Shown: piece by piece, positions 54,479-64,000 of the stretch
How the letters are laid out: each line of letters begins with the position of its first letter
How positions within the stretch are numbered: position 1 is the stretch's first letter
Assembly: GCA_017542125.1 (NCBI GenBank)
Contig: JAFXXU010000033.1
Span: forward strand, 6,360-70,359
Origin: Ruminococcus sp.
GTDB lineage: Bacteria > Bacillota > Clostridia > Oscillospirales > Ruminococcaceae
Direction of reading: 5' to 3'
Length of the DNA stretch: 64,000 nt
Position numbers and translations under genes: made by a program
The notes under the pieces: generated by a model
The model's input: the letters and a program-made list of their open reading frames with translations, nothing else
Databases searched by the model: none
Told to the model about the DNA's origin: nothing

Positions 54479-54494
54479 AGGAGGGGGGGAGCAT

Positions 54495-54923
54495 ATGGCA
54501 GCCATAGGATTTGATATGGGTCAGCTCCTGACCTTCGACTGCGGCGGGCAGGTCTATGCCTTCGACCTCACCGATGTTACAGACATCATCGAGGTGCCGG
54601 AGATCACGGTGCTGCCCATGGTGGCGGATTATATCCTGGGGATAATGAACCTCCGCGGCAAGGTGGTGCCCGTAATGGAATTTGCGGGCAGGATGGGCTT
54701 CCCGCAGCCGGAGTACGATGAGCACAGCTGTATCATCGTGGTGGACTGCGAGGGGGCGCTGCTGGGGATAAAGGTGCCCAGAGTTATCGATGCCGAGGCC
54801 TATGAAAAGGATCAGCTCAGCCCCTCGCCTGTGGATAATTCCTGCGTGAGAGGGTATATCGAGCTGAAAGAAAGAAGAGTAACGGTCATCGACTGCGTAA
54901 GGCTGTCCGAGAAGAACAGATAA
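54495..54923 (+). CDS. cheW: chemotaxis coupling protein CheW
   Basis: 142 aa. GIMNLRGKVVPV motif. Confidence 0.85.
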   Translation: MAAIGFDMGQLLTFDCGGQVYAFDLTDVTDIIEVPEITVLPMVADYILGIMNLRGKVVPVMEFAGRMGFPQPEYDEHSCIIVVDCEGALLGIKVPRVIDAEAYEKDQLSPSPVDNSCVRGYIELKERRVTVIDCVRLSEKNR

Positions 54924-54939
54924 GAGGTGATCTGCATTG

Positions 54940-55770
54940 ATGGAACTCAGCAATGAGGATTTTATAAGGCTCGCCAAGACCATAAAAGCCAAATACGGCC
55001 TCAACCTCACCGAGAAGAAATACCTCATCGAGTCGAGGCTGACCAACTATGTCCTTGACTGCGGCTTCGATAATTTCACCGAGTATCTCGACAGCGTATA
55101 TGCCGACCGCAGCGGCATCGAGATGACCAATATAATCAGCAGGCTCACCACCAACTATACATACTTTATGCGTGAGAGCGAGCATTTCCGTCACTTCACC
55201 GAGGTGTTCCTGAAGGAAGCCGAGGAGCGCATAGAGGATAAGGATCTGCGCATCTGGAGCGCGGGCTGCTCCTACGGCAACGAGCCCTATAACTTCGCTA
55301 TGTGCCTCTATGAGTATTTCGGTGATAAGGCTATGTCCTGGGATTCAAGGATACTTGCTACCGATATTTCCTTCAATGCTTTGCGGATGGCAAAGCACGG
55401 CGTTTTCACCGAGCAGGCTTTGCAGGAGCTCCCGGATGAATGGCAAAGGAAGTATTTTACGAGGCACGTCAACGGCACCTACCAGGTGACGGACGACCTT
55501 CGCAGCAATGTGGTGTTCAAGTACCATAACCTTATGGACCCCATCTGCTTCAAGAAGAAATTCGACCTGATCGTCTGCCGCAACGTTATGATCTACTTTG
55601 ACGAGCAGACCAAGGAGGAGCTGGTAAACAAGTTCTACGACGCCACGGAGCCGGGGGGCTACCTCTACATCGGCCACGCCGAGAGCGCCCCGAAGAATAT
55701 GCGCTACGAGATAGTCCAGCCTGCAATACTCAGAAAGCCTTTGGAGAAGGGAGATGAGGACGATGAATGA
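54940..55770 (+). CDS. cheR: chemotaxis protein methyltransferase CheR
   Basis: TNYTYFMRE, IWSAGCSYGNEPY and CRNVMIYFD motifs. Confidence 0.9.
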   Translation: MELSNEDFIRLAKTIKAKYGLNLTEKKYLIESRLTNYVLDCGFDNFTEYLDSVYADRSGIEMTNIISRLTTNYTYFMRESEHFRHFTEVFLKEAEERIEDKDLRIWSAGCSYGNEPYNFAMCLYEYFGDKAMSWDSRILATDISFNALRMAKHGVFTEQALQELPDEWQRKYFTRHVNGTYQVTDDLRSNVVFKYHNLMDPICFKKKFDLIVCRNVMIYFDEQTKEELVNKFYDATEPGGYLYIGHAESAPKNMRYEIVQPAILRKPLEKGDEDDE

Positions 55771-56788
55771 GATCCGGATTCTTATAGCCGATGATTCGGT
55801 GCTGTTTTCAAAGTTTTTGAAAAGCGTTGTGGATTCGGCGGAGGGCTTCACCTGCATCTCCTGCGCGGGCAATGCCTTTGATGCCAGGGACGAGATCGAA
55901 AAGCTCCGCCCCGATATGCTCATCCTCGATATCGAGATGCCCAAGATGAACGGTATAGCCTTTCTGAGGCAGCTCATCCCGCAGTACACGGTGCCTGTCA
56001 TAGTCTGCTCCTCCAGAAAGGATCTGATACTCCAGGCAATGCAGGCGGGGGCCGCAGATTTCCTCCCCAAGCCCGAGGAGGGCGGCTACGACGAGTTCAA
56101 GCAGAAGCTGCTCAAATCTTTGAGAGCCGCAGCCAACATCAGGCGGGTAAAGAGCGGCTGCAAGTTCTATAACATCAGGAATTCCGCAATAAAACAGCTC
56201 CCCGATCAAGGGAATACGCGCAAGCTCATAGCCATAGGCGGCTCGGCGGGCAGCACAGAGGCTCTGCCTGCCATACTCTCGGCGCTGGACAAAAGCTCGC
56301 CCCCTGTGGCGGTGGTGCTGCATATGCCCGAGGGCTATACCTCCCTCTACGCCAAGCGTATGGATAAGGCCTTCCCACAGCTGAATATCGTTGAGGCGAC
56401 CCATGGGCTCTATCTGGAGAACGGTATGGTGGTCATCGCCCAGGGCGATAAGCATATGAGGCTCTTCAAGGACGCCAAGGGCTATTTCGTCACCTGCGAG
56501 TTCGGACCCAAGGTTTCGGGTCACTGCCCCAGCGTTGACGTGTTCTTTGAGTCAGTAGCCTTTTGCGCCGGGGATGAGGCCATAGGCGTCATCCTGACGG
56601 GAATGGGCAAGGACGGTGCCCGGGGTATGTCTCAGATGCGCCACGCAGGAGCCTACACCATAGGTCAGAACGAAAAGACCTCGGCGGTGTACGGTATGCC
56701 CAAGGCAGCCTTTGAGCTGGGTGCGGTCATCAAGCAGTGCGATCTGGAGCGCATAGGCGCAGTGATCAATTCGCACCTGAAAAAGTGA
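55763..56788 (+). CDS. cheB: protein-glutamate methylesterase/glutaminase CheB (REC + esterase)
   Basis: REC domain (ILIADDS ... DMLILDIEMPKMNG). Esterase motifs IGGSAGSTEAL, GKDGA and the H/D triad region. ATG 55763 lies 10 nt after GGAGAAGGGAGA. Confidence 0.9.
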   Translation: MNEIRILIADDSVLFSKFLKSVVDSAEGFTCISCAGNAFDARDEIEKLRPDMLILDIEMPKMNGIAFLRQLIPQYTVPVIVCSSRKDLILQAMQAGAADFLPKPEEGGYDEFKQKLLKSLRAAANIRRVKSGCKFYNIRNSAIKQLPDQGNTRKLIAIGGSAGSTEALPAILSALDKSSPPVAVVLHMPEGYTSLYAKRMDKAFPQLNIVEATHGLYLENGMVVIAQGDKHMRLFKDAKGYFVTCEFGPKVSGHCPSVDVFFESVAFCAGDEAIGVILTGMGKDGARGMSQMRHAGAYTIGQNEKTSAVYGMPKAAFELGAVIKQCDLERIGAVINSHLKK

Positions 56789-56802
56789 GAGGTGAGCGCT
56801 GA

Positions 56803-57297
56803 ATGGAGATAGTTAAATACCTGACCTTTATATCTGCCGGCAGGAAGTTCGCCATACCCTTTTACGATATCAGAACGGTGCTCATCGCCGACAGATTACA
56901 GGAGATACCTGAGTTCCCCGATTATTTCGCCGGGAGCTGCCTCTGGAACGGCACCACCGTCCCCGTCATAGATTCGAGAGCCAGGTTCGGCTTCGAGCGT
57001 GCGCCTCTCACCGACCGCAGCTGCATAATAGTCTGCGAGACCAAGTTCACCGTAAGGCAGAAGCTGGGGCTCATAGGCATCCTCACCGATACGGTGGCGG
57101 AGATGACCGAGATCGACCCCGAAAAGCTCCAGCCCGTGGAGGCGGTCAACAGCGAGGCCAACACCCGCTACCTTACGGGCGTATTTGCCGACGGCAAGGA
57201 TATCTGCTATATCGTGGATACGGGAATGATGGTCAACGATACCGATGCCGACCCGGTAAGAGCTCTGGGCGGAGAGAACGCCCCTCCGGAAGAATGA
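56803..57297 (+). CDS. CheW-like domain protein (second copy)
   Basis: 164 aa. YLTF..GR.FAIP and G......G..VPVID pattern. Confidence 0.7.
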   Translation: MEIVKYLTFISAGRKFAIPFYDIRTVLIADRLQEIPEFPDYFAGSCLWNGTTVPVIDSRARFGFERAPLTDRSCIIVCETKFTVRQKLGLIGILTDTVAEMTEIDPEKLQPVEAVNSEANTRYLTGVFADGKDICYIVDTGMMVNDTDADPVRALGGENAPPEE

Positions 57298-57371
57298 TAA
57301 ATGCACCTCCCTCTGCCCCGGGCGGGGGAGTTGCTTTTCCTGCGGCAGCGGAGAGATAAGTGAGGAAGAAA

Positions 57372-57716
57372 ATGAAGATATGTATTGAAAACGAGGACAC
57401 GGTTTTTGTAAAAAACAACTGCATAGAGATACATACCGAAAGCGAAGACTACTGCTTTGACGGCTCGGAGATACAGGAGATAAATATCATCACAAGTGCT
57501 ATGGGGCCATTTTATGACGATATGTGCTTAGCCATCGAGATAGGCAAAGGGGAGCCCGCAGTGGTGTTCATTATGTCAGAACACCCGTTATACAGCAGCC
57601 TGCTGTTTGACGGGCTGAAGCAGCTGGTCGAACTGAACTATAAGGCCGTCATCGAGGCTTCCTCCTGCACGGAGGAAAAGCTGTTCCCGATCTACAGGCG
57701 GGAGGCCGAGGTCTGA
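57372..57716 (+). CDS. hypothetical protein (114 aa)
   Basis: ORF track. AT-richer 5' half. No motif recognised. Confidence 0.35.
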   Translation: MKICIENEDTVFVKNNCIEIHTESEDYCFDGSEIQEINIITSAMGPFYDDMCLAIEIGKGEPAVVFIMSEHPLYSSLLFDGLKQLVELNYKAVIEASSCTEEKLFPIYRREAEV

Positions 57717-57769
57717 GCACCGCGGCAGCAAAACCAAATAGGAACTATGAAAAAGGAAAGAAAGAGCAA

Positions 57770-59650
57770 ATGAGTCAGACAGAGAATTACGACGTAGTCG
57801 TTATAGGAGCGGGTCACGCGGGCTGCGAGGCAGCACTTGCGGCAGCGAGGCTCGGTATGAAGACGGCGATCTTCACCATCTCCCTTGACGGGATAGCCAA
57901 TATGCCCTGCAACCCCTCTATCGGAGGAACTGCCAAGGGGCACCTCGTCCGTGAGATAGATGCCCTGGGCGGCGAGATGGGCAGGGCGGCGGACGCCACC
58001 TTCCTCCAAAGCCGCATACTCAACCGGGGCAAGGGTCCAGCCGTTCACAGCCTGAGAGTTCAGGCGGACAGAGTAAAATACCATATCTATATGAAGCAGG
58101 CGCTGGAGCGCTGTGAGGGGCTGCGCATCAAGCAGGACGAGATCTGCGAGGTGCTGGCCGAGAACGGGTGCGTCTGCGGAGTCAAGACCCGCCTGGGCAC
58201 CGTTTACGGCGCAAGGGCGGTCATCGTTGCCAGCGGAACATATTTAAACGGCAGGATACACGTGGGGTCGGTCAGCTACGAGAGCGGCCCCGATTCGGTG
58301 CTGCCTGCGAAATTCCTCTCCGACTCCCTCCGGGGGCTGGGCGTTACCCTCCGCCGCTTCAAGACCGGCACCCCTGCCAGAGTCCACCGCAGGTCGATAA
58401 ACTTCGACGTCCTCGAGCGGCAGGACGGCGACGAGCAGATCACCCCATTCTCCTTTGACAATCACGAGCAGCTCACCAACAAGGTCAGCTGCTATGTGGC
58501 ATACACCAACGCCGAGACCCATAAGGTGATACTGGATAACATCCACCTCTCGCCCATGTATTCGGGACAGATCGAGGGCGTGGGCCCCCGTTACTGCCCC
58601 TCCATCGAGGATAAGATCAAGCGCTTCTCGGATAAGCCGAGGCACCAGCTCTTTATCGAGCCCATGGGTCTGGATACGGATGAATATTACCTCCAGGGGA
58701 TGTCCTCATCGCTGCCGGAATGGGTGCAGCTGAAATTCCTGAGGACGATCAAGGGTCTTGAAAATGTTGAGATAATGCGCAACGCCTACGCCATAGAGTA
58801 CGACTGCTGCGACCCCACCGAGCTGCTGGCGACCCTGGAGTTCAAGAGCATTTCAGGGCTTTACGGAGCAGGGCAGTTCAACGGCACCTCCGGCTACGAG
58901 GAGGCAGCCGCCCAAGGCCTTGTGGCGGGCATCAACGCCGCCCTGAAATTAAAGGGAGAGGAGCCCCTCGTCCTTGACAGAGCCTCCTCCTATATTGGGA
59001 CGCTCATTGATGACCTGGTCACCAAGGGCTGCTCAGACCCTTACAGGATGATGACCTCCCGCAGCGAGTACAGGCTGCTGCTGCGTCAGGACAACGCCGA
59101 TATACGCCTTACCCCCGAAGGCCACCGGGTAGGGCTCATCTCCGACGAAAGGTATGAGGCTCTCCGGGAAAAGGAGCGGCAGATCGCCGAGGAGACCGAG
59201 CGCATCTCCCACGTTAATCTGGGGCCTTCACCCGACTTGAACGCTTATCTCGAAAGCGTGGGCACCGAGCCCCTCTCCACGGGGATAAAGCTCTCGCAGC
59301 TGCTCCGCCGTCCCCAGGTGAGCTATGACGGCCTCGCCCCCTTTGACCCCTTCCGTCCCGAGCTGGATGTTCAGGTCAGGGAGCAGGTGGAGCTGAATGT
59401 CAAGTACGAGGGCTACATCAAGATCCAGCAGGAGCAGGTGGAGATCATGAGGAAGCTGGAAAGCAAAGCCCTTCCCCCCGACACCGATTACACCAAGCTG
59501 CGGGGCCTGCGCCTGGAGGCAGCCGAGAAGCTCAACAAGATCAGGCCGCTGAACGTGGGGCAGGCGGGAAGGATATCGGGAGTAAACCCCGCGGACGTAG
59601 GCGTGCTGCTGATCTGGCTGGCGAGCCTGCGCGGAAAGGACGAGGAATGA
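57770..59650 (+). CDS. mnmG: tRNA uridine-5-carboxymethylaminomethyl modification enzyme MnmG (GidA)
   Basis: [19 protein letters not shown] motif. [20 protein letters not shown] and [14 protein letters not shown] motifs. Confidence 0.95.
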   Translation: MSQTENYDVVVIGAGHAGCEAALAAARLGMKTAIFTISLDGIANMPCNPSIGGTAKGHLVREIDALGGEMGRAADATFLQSRILNRGKGPAVHSLRVQADRVKYHIYMKQALERCEGLRIKQDEICEVLAENGCVCGVKTRLGTVYGARAVIVASGTYLNGRIHVGSVSYESGPDSVLPAKFLSDSLRGLGVTLRRFKTGTPARVHRRSINFDVLERQDGDEQITPFSFDNHEQLTNKVSCYVAYTNAETHKVILDNIHLSPMYSGQIEGVGPRYCPSIEDKIKRFSDKPRHQLFIEPMGLDTDEYYLQGMSSSLPEWVQLKFLRTIKGLENVEIMRNAYAIEYDCCDPTELLATLEFKSISGLYGAGQFNGTSGYEEAAAQGLVAGINAALKLKGEEPLVLDRASSYIGTLIDDLVTKGCSDPYRMMTSRSEYRLLLRQDNADIRLTPEGHRVGLISDERYEALREKERQIAEETERISHVNLGPSPDLNAYLESVGTEPLSTGIKLSQLLRRPQVSYDGLAPFDPFRPELDVQVREQVELNVKYEGYIKIQQEQVEIMRKLESKALPPDTDYTKLRGLRLEAAEKLNKIRPLNVGQAGRISGVNPADVGVLLIWLASLRGKDEE

Positions 59651-60366
59651 AGCTGACAGAGTTTACCGCCCTGCAAAGGCTTTTCGCCGAGGGCGGCATA
59701 GAGGTCTCGGAGGGGCAGTACGGGCGGCTTTCGGAGTACGCCGAGCTGCTCTGCGACTGGAACGAGAGAATGAACCTCACCGCCATAACCGACCCGGAGG
59801 GCATTGCCGAAAAGCACTTTTTCGACAGCGTTTATCCCTTTCTCTCGGAGGAGATAGTCCCCCGGGGCGCAAGGGTCATAGACGTGGGCACCGGGGCAGG
59901 GTTCCCCTCCTGCCCGCTGAAAGTATTCAGAGAGGATATCTCCCTTACGCTGCTTGACAGCCTGCAAAAGCGGATAGGCTTCCTCACCGAGCTTTCGGAA
60001 AGGCTCTCCCTCGGAGCCGAGTGCATCCACGGCAGAGCAGAGGAGCTGGGCCGTCAGGAGGGCTTCCGCGAGAGCTTTGATATCGCAACCGCAAGAGCGG
60101 TGGCGGCGCTTCCCGTGCTCTGCGAGTATTGCCTGCCTTTCGTTAAGGTGGGAGGGGTATTCGCCGCATTAAAGGGCAGCGACGGCGCTTCGGAGCTTGC
60201 CTCGGCGAAGAATGCCGTCGGCATCCTCGGGGGCAAAACGGAGCTTTGCAGGGAATACGCCCTCCCCGGCGGCGATAAGCGGACGCTCATCGTCATCAGG
60301 AAGCTCAAGCCCACCCCGGAGAAGTACCCCCGCAACAAGGGTCAGATGAATAAAAGACCGCTGTAA
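59647..60366 (+). CDS. rsmG: 16S rRNA (guanine527-N7)-methyltransferase RsmG
   Basis: NLT(A)I.....I..KHF.DS and DVGTGAGFP motifs. Overlaps the mnmG stop. Confidence 0.9.
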   Translation: MKLTEFTALQRLFAEGGIEVSEGQYGRLSEYAELLCDWNERMNLTAITDPEGIAEKHFFDSVYPFLSEEIVPRGARVIDVGTGAGFPSCPLKVFREDISLTLLDSLQKRIGFLTELSERLSLGAECIHGRAEELGRQEGFRESFDIATARAVAALPVLCEYCLPFVKVGGVFAALKGSDGASELASAKNAVGILGGKTELCREYALPGGDKRTLIVIRKLKPTPEKYPRNKGQMNKRPL

Positions 60367-60460
60367 AAGAAACGCACGGAGATAATAAAGTCGGTACTCA
60401 TATAGAAGCATTAAGCCATAGTATTTCTGATGTAAAGTCAGAAGTATTATGGCGTTTCTA

Positions 60461-60489
60461 TTGACAGTGCAGCAAAGTCGTGATATAAT
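60461..60489 (+). promoter_or_regulatory. consensus sigma-70 promoter of the GNAT islet
   Basis: TTGACA (60461-60466), 17 nt spacer, TATAAT (60484-60489), with TGa immediately upstream. Confidence 0.65.
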
Positions 60490-60634
60490 CGTTACTTAGT
60501 TAAATCGGAATTTGCAGGGGCGTGCCCCTGCACCCAACGCCCTCGCCCTCGACTTCGTGCTGAATTGTCGCTCTGTTTGGCTCGGGGCAGACTATTGATT
60601 GGGGTTATAAATCGGAATTTAGAGGTGGATGATT

Positions 60635-61117
60635 ATGATATTTGAAAAAGCAAATACAGAGGATACAGCAGATCTGGTTGCGTTAAGAATCGCCTATTTA
60701 TCAGAGGATTACGGTGAGATACTGCCGGAAAAGCTCGCAGTGATCGCGGACAAGCTCCCCTCCTATTTTCAGAAGCATCTCAATCATGACCTGTTTGCGT
60801 TTGTATGCAGAGAGGATGACAGCATCGTGGGCTGCTGCTTTCTGTATCTGTCAGAAAAGCCGTCCAACCCTACGTTTATCAACGGGAAAACCGGTACGGT
60901 GCTGAATGTGTATACAAAGCCGCAGTTCCGGAAACGAGGGATCGCGGGTGAACTTATCCGACTGCTTCTCGCAGAATCCCAGAATCATGGTCTGGACTAT
61001 GTGGAACTGAAAGCGACAGATGCAGGATATTCCCTCTACAAATCGCTGGGCTTTGAAGATGTCGTTTCAAAATACCATGACATGAAATACATCATTGATA
61101 GCCGTAATAACTTCTGA
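60635..61117 (+). CDS. GNAT family N-acetyltransferase in a low-GC islet
   Basis: FRKRGIAGEL acetyl-CoA motif. ATG 60635 lies 6 nt after AGAGGTGG. Visibly lower GC than its neighbours. Confidence 0.75.
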   Translation: MIFEKANTEDTADLVALRIAYLSEDYGEILPEKLAVIADKLPSYFQKHLNHDLFAFVCREDDSIVGCCFLYLSEKPSNPTFINGKTGTVLNVYTKPQFRKRGIAGELIRLLLAESQNHGLDYVELKATDAGYSLYKSLGFEDVVSKYHDMKYIIDSRNNF

Positions 61118-61145
61118 TTTATCTGAGCAAATCCAATAAATACAA

Positions 61146-61177
61146 TGCCCCGAAGCACTTTGAAATGCTTCGGGGCA
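61146..61177. terminator. hairpin terminator between convergent GNAT and mnmE genes (T-rich tract on the minus-strand side)
   Basis: TGCCCCGAAGCA-CTTTGAAA-TGCTTCGGGGCA. Confidence 0.7.
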
Positions 61178-61221
61178 AAACTTCTATATGGGTATTCGTC
61201 ATACTCCGTGCGTTGTTGTTT

Positions 61222-62595
61222 TTATTTCCCTACGCAGAATTTTGAGAATACCTCGTTGGCTACTGCTTCGGTGATACGCTCGCCCGTAAGCTCCATAAGC
61301 TCCGATGCTGCCGCGTCGATCATCACCGTTACCGCATCAAGGGTCTCTCCGAGAGCTGCCGCCTCGGATGCGGCGCGAAGCCTTTCAAGGGCTGCCTCTG
61401 CGCATCGCTTCTGGCGCTCGTTGGCGAAGATGGTGGAGTCGGCATCGTAGTCCTTTGCACCGAACAGCTTTCCCACCGCTGCCGTCAGCTCGGGAAGGCC
61501 CTCGCCGTTCTTTGCGGAAAGCTCCAGTATCTCCGCGCCCATACCCTCGAAGGCTGACCTGTCCGCAGAGGCGCCCAGGTCGCTCTTGTTGAGGACGATT
61601 ATCAGCTTCTTGCCAAGCTCTTTGAGCAGCGCCAGCAGCTCTCTGTCCTCGGCATCAAGCTCCGCAGAGGTGTCAAACACCGCTATGACCAGGGCACATT
61701 CCCGCAGACGCTTTTTCGCCCGGGACACGCCCAGCTTCTCCACCGCGTCCTCAGCATCGCGGATGCCTGCGGTGTCGGAGAGGCGCAGCTCAAGCTCACC
61801 GAGGCGAGCCGTTTCCTCGATAACATCACGGGTGGTGCCCGCAGCCTCGGTGACGATCGAGCGCTCGTAACCCAGCAGGGTGTTCATCAGGGTAGACTTC
61901 CCGACGTTGGGCTTTCCTGCGATGACCGTGTCGATCCCTGTCCGCAGCACCATACCGCTGTCGAAGTCCCGTAGGAGGCGTTCAAGCTCCGAGGAGGCGG
62001 TGTTGAGAGTCTTCAGCAGGGCTGTGTTTTCCACGGCGGGGAGGTCTTCCTCCGGGTAATCCACCCAGGCGGCGAGGCTCCCCAGGAGGGTGATGAGCTG
62101 CTGTTTTACGCCGTCTATCCGCTGAAACAGCCTGCCCTCACGGGTAAGCCTTGCAGAGCGGAGAGACTGCTCGCCCTTGGCGGAAATAAGCTCCATGACC
62201 GATTCCGCCTGAGTGAGGGAGAGCTTGCCGTTGACGAAAGCTCGCTTGGTAAACTCGCCGCGGTCGGCCTGGGAGCAGCCGTTGGCGAGGCAGAGCCGGA
62301 GGATGCTCTTGGTGATATACACGCCCCCGTGGCAGGAGATCTCGGCGGTATCCTCGCCGGTATAGGAATGGGGTGCGCGGAAGACGGTAAGCATAGCGTC
62401 GTCCACGACTCTGCCGTCGGCGGGGTCGATGACACGGCCGTAGGCGCAGGTATAGCCGTTCATTTCGGGAACGGGGGTACCGTTAAAGGGCTTGAATATT
62501 TTAGCAGCGCAGGGGATGGCATCGGGGCCGCTGATACGTATAACGGCGAGGCCGCCCTCTGCGAGGGGAGTAGAGACAGCGCACACGGTTGACAT
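61222..62595 (-). CDS. mnmE: tRNA modification GTPase MnmE (TrmE)
   Basis: 457 aa. G-domain GKPNVGKSTL, DTAGIR and NKSD motifs. C-terminal FCVGK. Confidence 0.92.
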   Translation of the reverse strand: MSTVCAVSTPLAEGGLAVIRISGPDAIPCAAKIFKPFNGTPVPEMNGYTCAYGRVIDPADGRVVDDAMLTVFRAPHSYTGEDTAEISCHGGVYITKSILRLCLANGCSQADRGEFTKRAFVNGKLSLTQAESVMELISAKGEQSLRSARLTREGRLFQRIDGVKQQLITLLGSLAAWVDYPEEDLPAVENTALLKTLNTASSELERLLRDFDSGMVLRTGIDTVIAGKPNVGKSTLMNTLLGYERSIVTEAAGTTRDVIEETARLGELELRLSDTAGIRDAEDAVEKLGVSRAKKRLRECALVIAVFDTSAELDAEDRELLALLKELGKKLIIVLNKSDLGASADRSAFEGMGAEILELSAKNGEGLPELTAAVGKLFGAKDYDADSTIFANERQKRCAEAALERLRAASEAAALGETLDAVTVMIDAAASELMELTGERITEAVANEVFSKFCVGK

Positions 62596-62667
62596 AGGAT
62601 CATTCCTTTCGGAGAAAGAATAAGCAAAAGCCAGAAGACCAAGGGCGGAGCAATTGCGAGGTCCATT

Positions 62668-63017
62668 TTTATTCCTCGGCTACGCTCGGAATAAAGCGGG
62701 GCGCGGAGCAGAGTCCCGTTCGGAGCGTCAGCGACCGATTATCCGTACCACAGCTCGCCGGGAGCGGGCCGAAGGGGTTCGGGGGCGACCGGAAAGCCCC
62801 CGAAACGGGGCGTGCTCTTAGCCTGCCTCTCAATACGTTATTACGGGCGGGTTGCCTGTTGCCGACCTGAGTTAGGTGAGCTGCGGTACGGAAATGTTCA
62901 GGAGCACGCGGCGATGCGGGATATGTGTCCCTTGTTCTATTGCGTTGGGAATAAAGAGAAACCCCGCAAGGGGGCTGACCGCGCCCCGCTTTATTCCGAG
63001 CGTAGCCGAGGAATAAA
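62668..63017. mobile_element. 350-bp MITE-like element bounded by 39-bp perfect inverted repeats (repeat family copy C)
   Basis: 62668-62706 is the exact reverse complement of 62979-63017. Each arm carries the CTTTATTCC/GGAATAAAG hairpin module. The interior shares a conserved core with 6825-6960. Confidence 0.55.
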
Positions 63018-63065
63018 GTTGGAACCGCGGTCTATGCTCCGCGTTTGCGTTGCCGGCTTTCTGCG

Positions 63066-64000
63066 CTATTTCAGCTCTATCTCCGCGCCCGCTCTCATTG
63101 CCTCTCTCGTGATCTTTCCCTTTCCCGTTAACTCTGCTTCACCCTTCGTCAGTGTAAGCATCTTCCCGTTAGCCGAGACTCTGTACCCGTCTTCCGTCCT
63201 GGTCACAACAAGCTCCCCTATCTCCGCAGACATCCCTGCCTCAAAGGGCTCGCTGTAATATCCGTACTCCGTCCTCAAAGTCTCAAATGCCGGGTATATC
63301 TCCGTCTTGTAGCTGTAAGCCCCAAGGTCATCGGCTATAAAGGCGTTACCGCAGCGGGTGATCCCGTTTCGGCTGAGGTATTCCTGCACCCCGTAGCTGT
63401 AGCTCCCCTTTGCCCCGATGTCGATGACCTCTGCGCTGCCTCCGTGTATCAGCACTGCACAGCTTTTCCTGCCGTTGGAGAAGATCTTCACCCTCACATC
63501 GCCACGCTCAAACACCTGCACCGCCGACTGCCATGCCCAAAGCATGATGAACGTCCCCAGCGCCGAAAGCGCGAAGATGCCCACTTTCTTCCGGAGTATC
63601 GCCGTTACCAGAGCCGTGATAAGTACCGCCGAGGCGATAAGCAGGGCTGCGGTGTGTCTGCTGCCTATGGAGGCAAAGCTCAGTGAGGCGAAAAAGTCGC
63701 TCAGGCGGAGCAGCAGCTTTATCAGCAGGTCGGCAAAGCGGAATATTATCCTCGCGGGGAGGGTGGTGCCGCCCAGTATCAGAGCCATTGGGCAGAGGGC
63801 CAGCGCCGCGGTGCAGATCGGCACCAGCAGAGGCTGTGTTATCACCGCGATGATCGAGACCTCGTCGAACATCAGAGCCATTGCCGGCATCATCACCGCC
63901 AGGATGACCGCAGTATCAACGGCGGGTACTGTCAGGAACGCGAGGCGGTGCTTTTTCAAGGGTTCGGTCAGCTTCGGTGCGACTGCTCCCAGGGCATAGC
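63066..64000 (-). CDS. ComEC/Rec2-like membrane protein, C-terminal part (5' end lies beyond the window)
   Basis: The frame stays open past 63959 to the window edge. Multiple TM helices followed by a ~150-aa soluble domain (..CAVLIHGGSAEVIDIG..). Confidence 0.45.
   Translation of the reverse strand, partial: YALGAVAPKLTEPLKKHRLAFLTVPAVDTAVILAVMMPAMALMFDEVSIIAVITQPLLVPICTAALALCPMALILGGTTLPARIIFRFADLLIKLLLRLSDFFASLSFASIGSRHTAALLIASAVLITALVTAILRKKVGIFALSALGTFIMLWAWQSAVQVFERGDVRVKIFSNGRKSCAVLIHGGSAEVIDIGAKGSYSYGVQEYLSRNGITRCGNAFIADDLGAYSYKTEIYPAFETLRTEYGYYSEPFEAGMSAEIGELVVTRTEDGYRVSANGKMLTLTKGEAELTGKGKITREAMRAGAEIELK

Overview
GC-rich (high-50s % by eye) chromosomal segment that looks like a motile Clostridia-type Firmicute, possibly Oscillospirales/Ruminococcaceae-like; the taxonomy is inference only. 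I support about 62 protein genes. I saw no rRNA, tRNA, CRISPR array, transposase or phage genes. Housekeeping blocks: proB ... proA (split by four inserted genes), secDF, a rearranged nusA-ylxR-ylxQ-infB-rimP-(2 GNAT)-rbfA-tatD-nrnA-truB-ribF block, a GldA/F/G-like ABC-2 + DUF4340 cluster, zapA-U32 peptidase, cheA-cheW-cheR-cheB-cheW, and mnmG-rsmG convergent with mnmE. Accessory part: a 13.5-kb, ten-gene locus (13471-26932). It combines two MacB/LolD-type ABC ATPases (one with an AbrB/SpoVT-like tail), a 967-aa secreted CBM-like + solute-binding fusion protein and four MalF/MalG-type permeases. An NHL/TPR protein, a Yip1-like membrane protein and a large DUF5696-like secreted protein sit between the permease pairs. 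I cannot assign this locus to a described system. Most unusual non-coding signals: (1) five exactly phased head-to-tail copies of a 124-bp unit that fill the gap upstream of cheA and abut its ribosome-binding site. (2) A 147-nt element with an uninterrupted 30-bp helix (three G-U pairs) starting at the predicted transcription start of a near-consensus promoter. (3) A 172-bp MITE-like insertion with 18-bp perfect terminal inverted repeats and a TTAA duplication between two operon genes. (4) A dispersed GCATTGT heptamer repeat at three loci. (5) A modular REP/MITE-like intergenic repeat family at three loci, one copy bounded by 39-bp perfect inverted repeats. All coordinates and motif counts were derived by hand from the printed sequence. 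Family names come from remembered motifs, not from searches.
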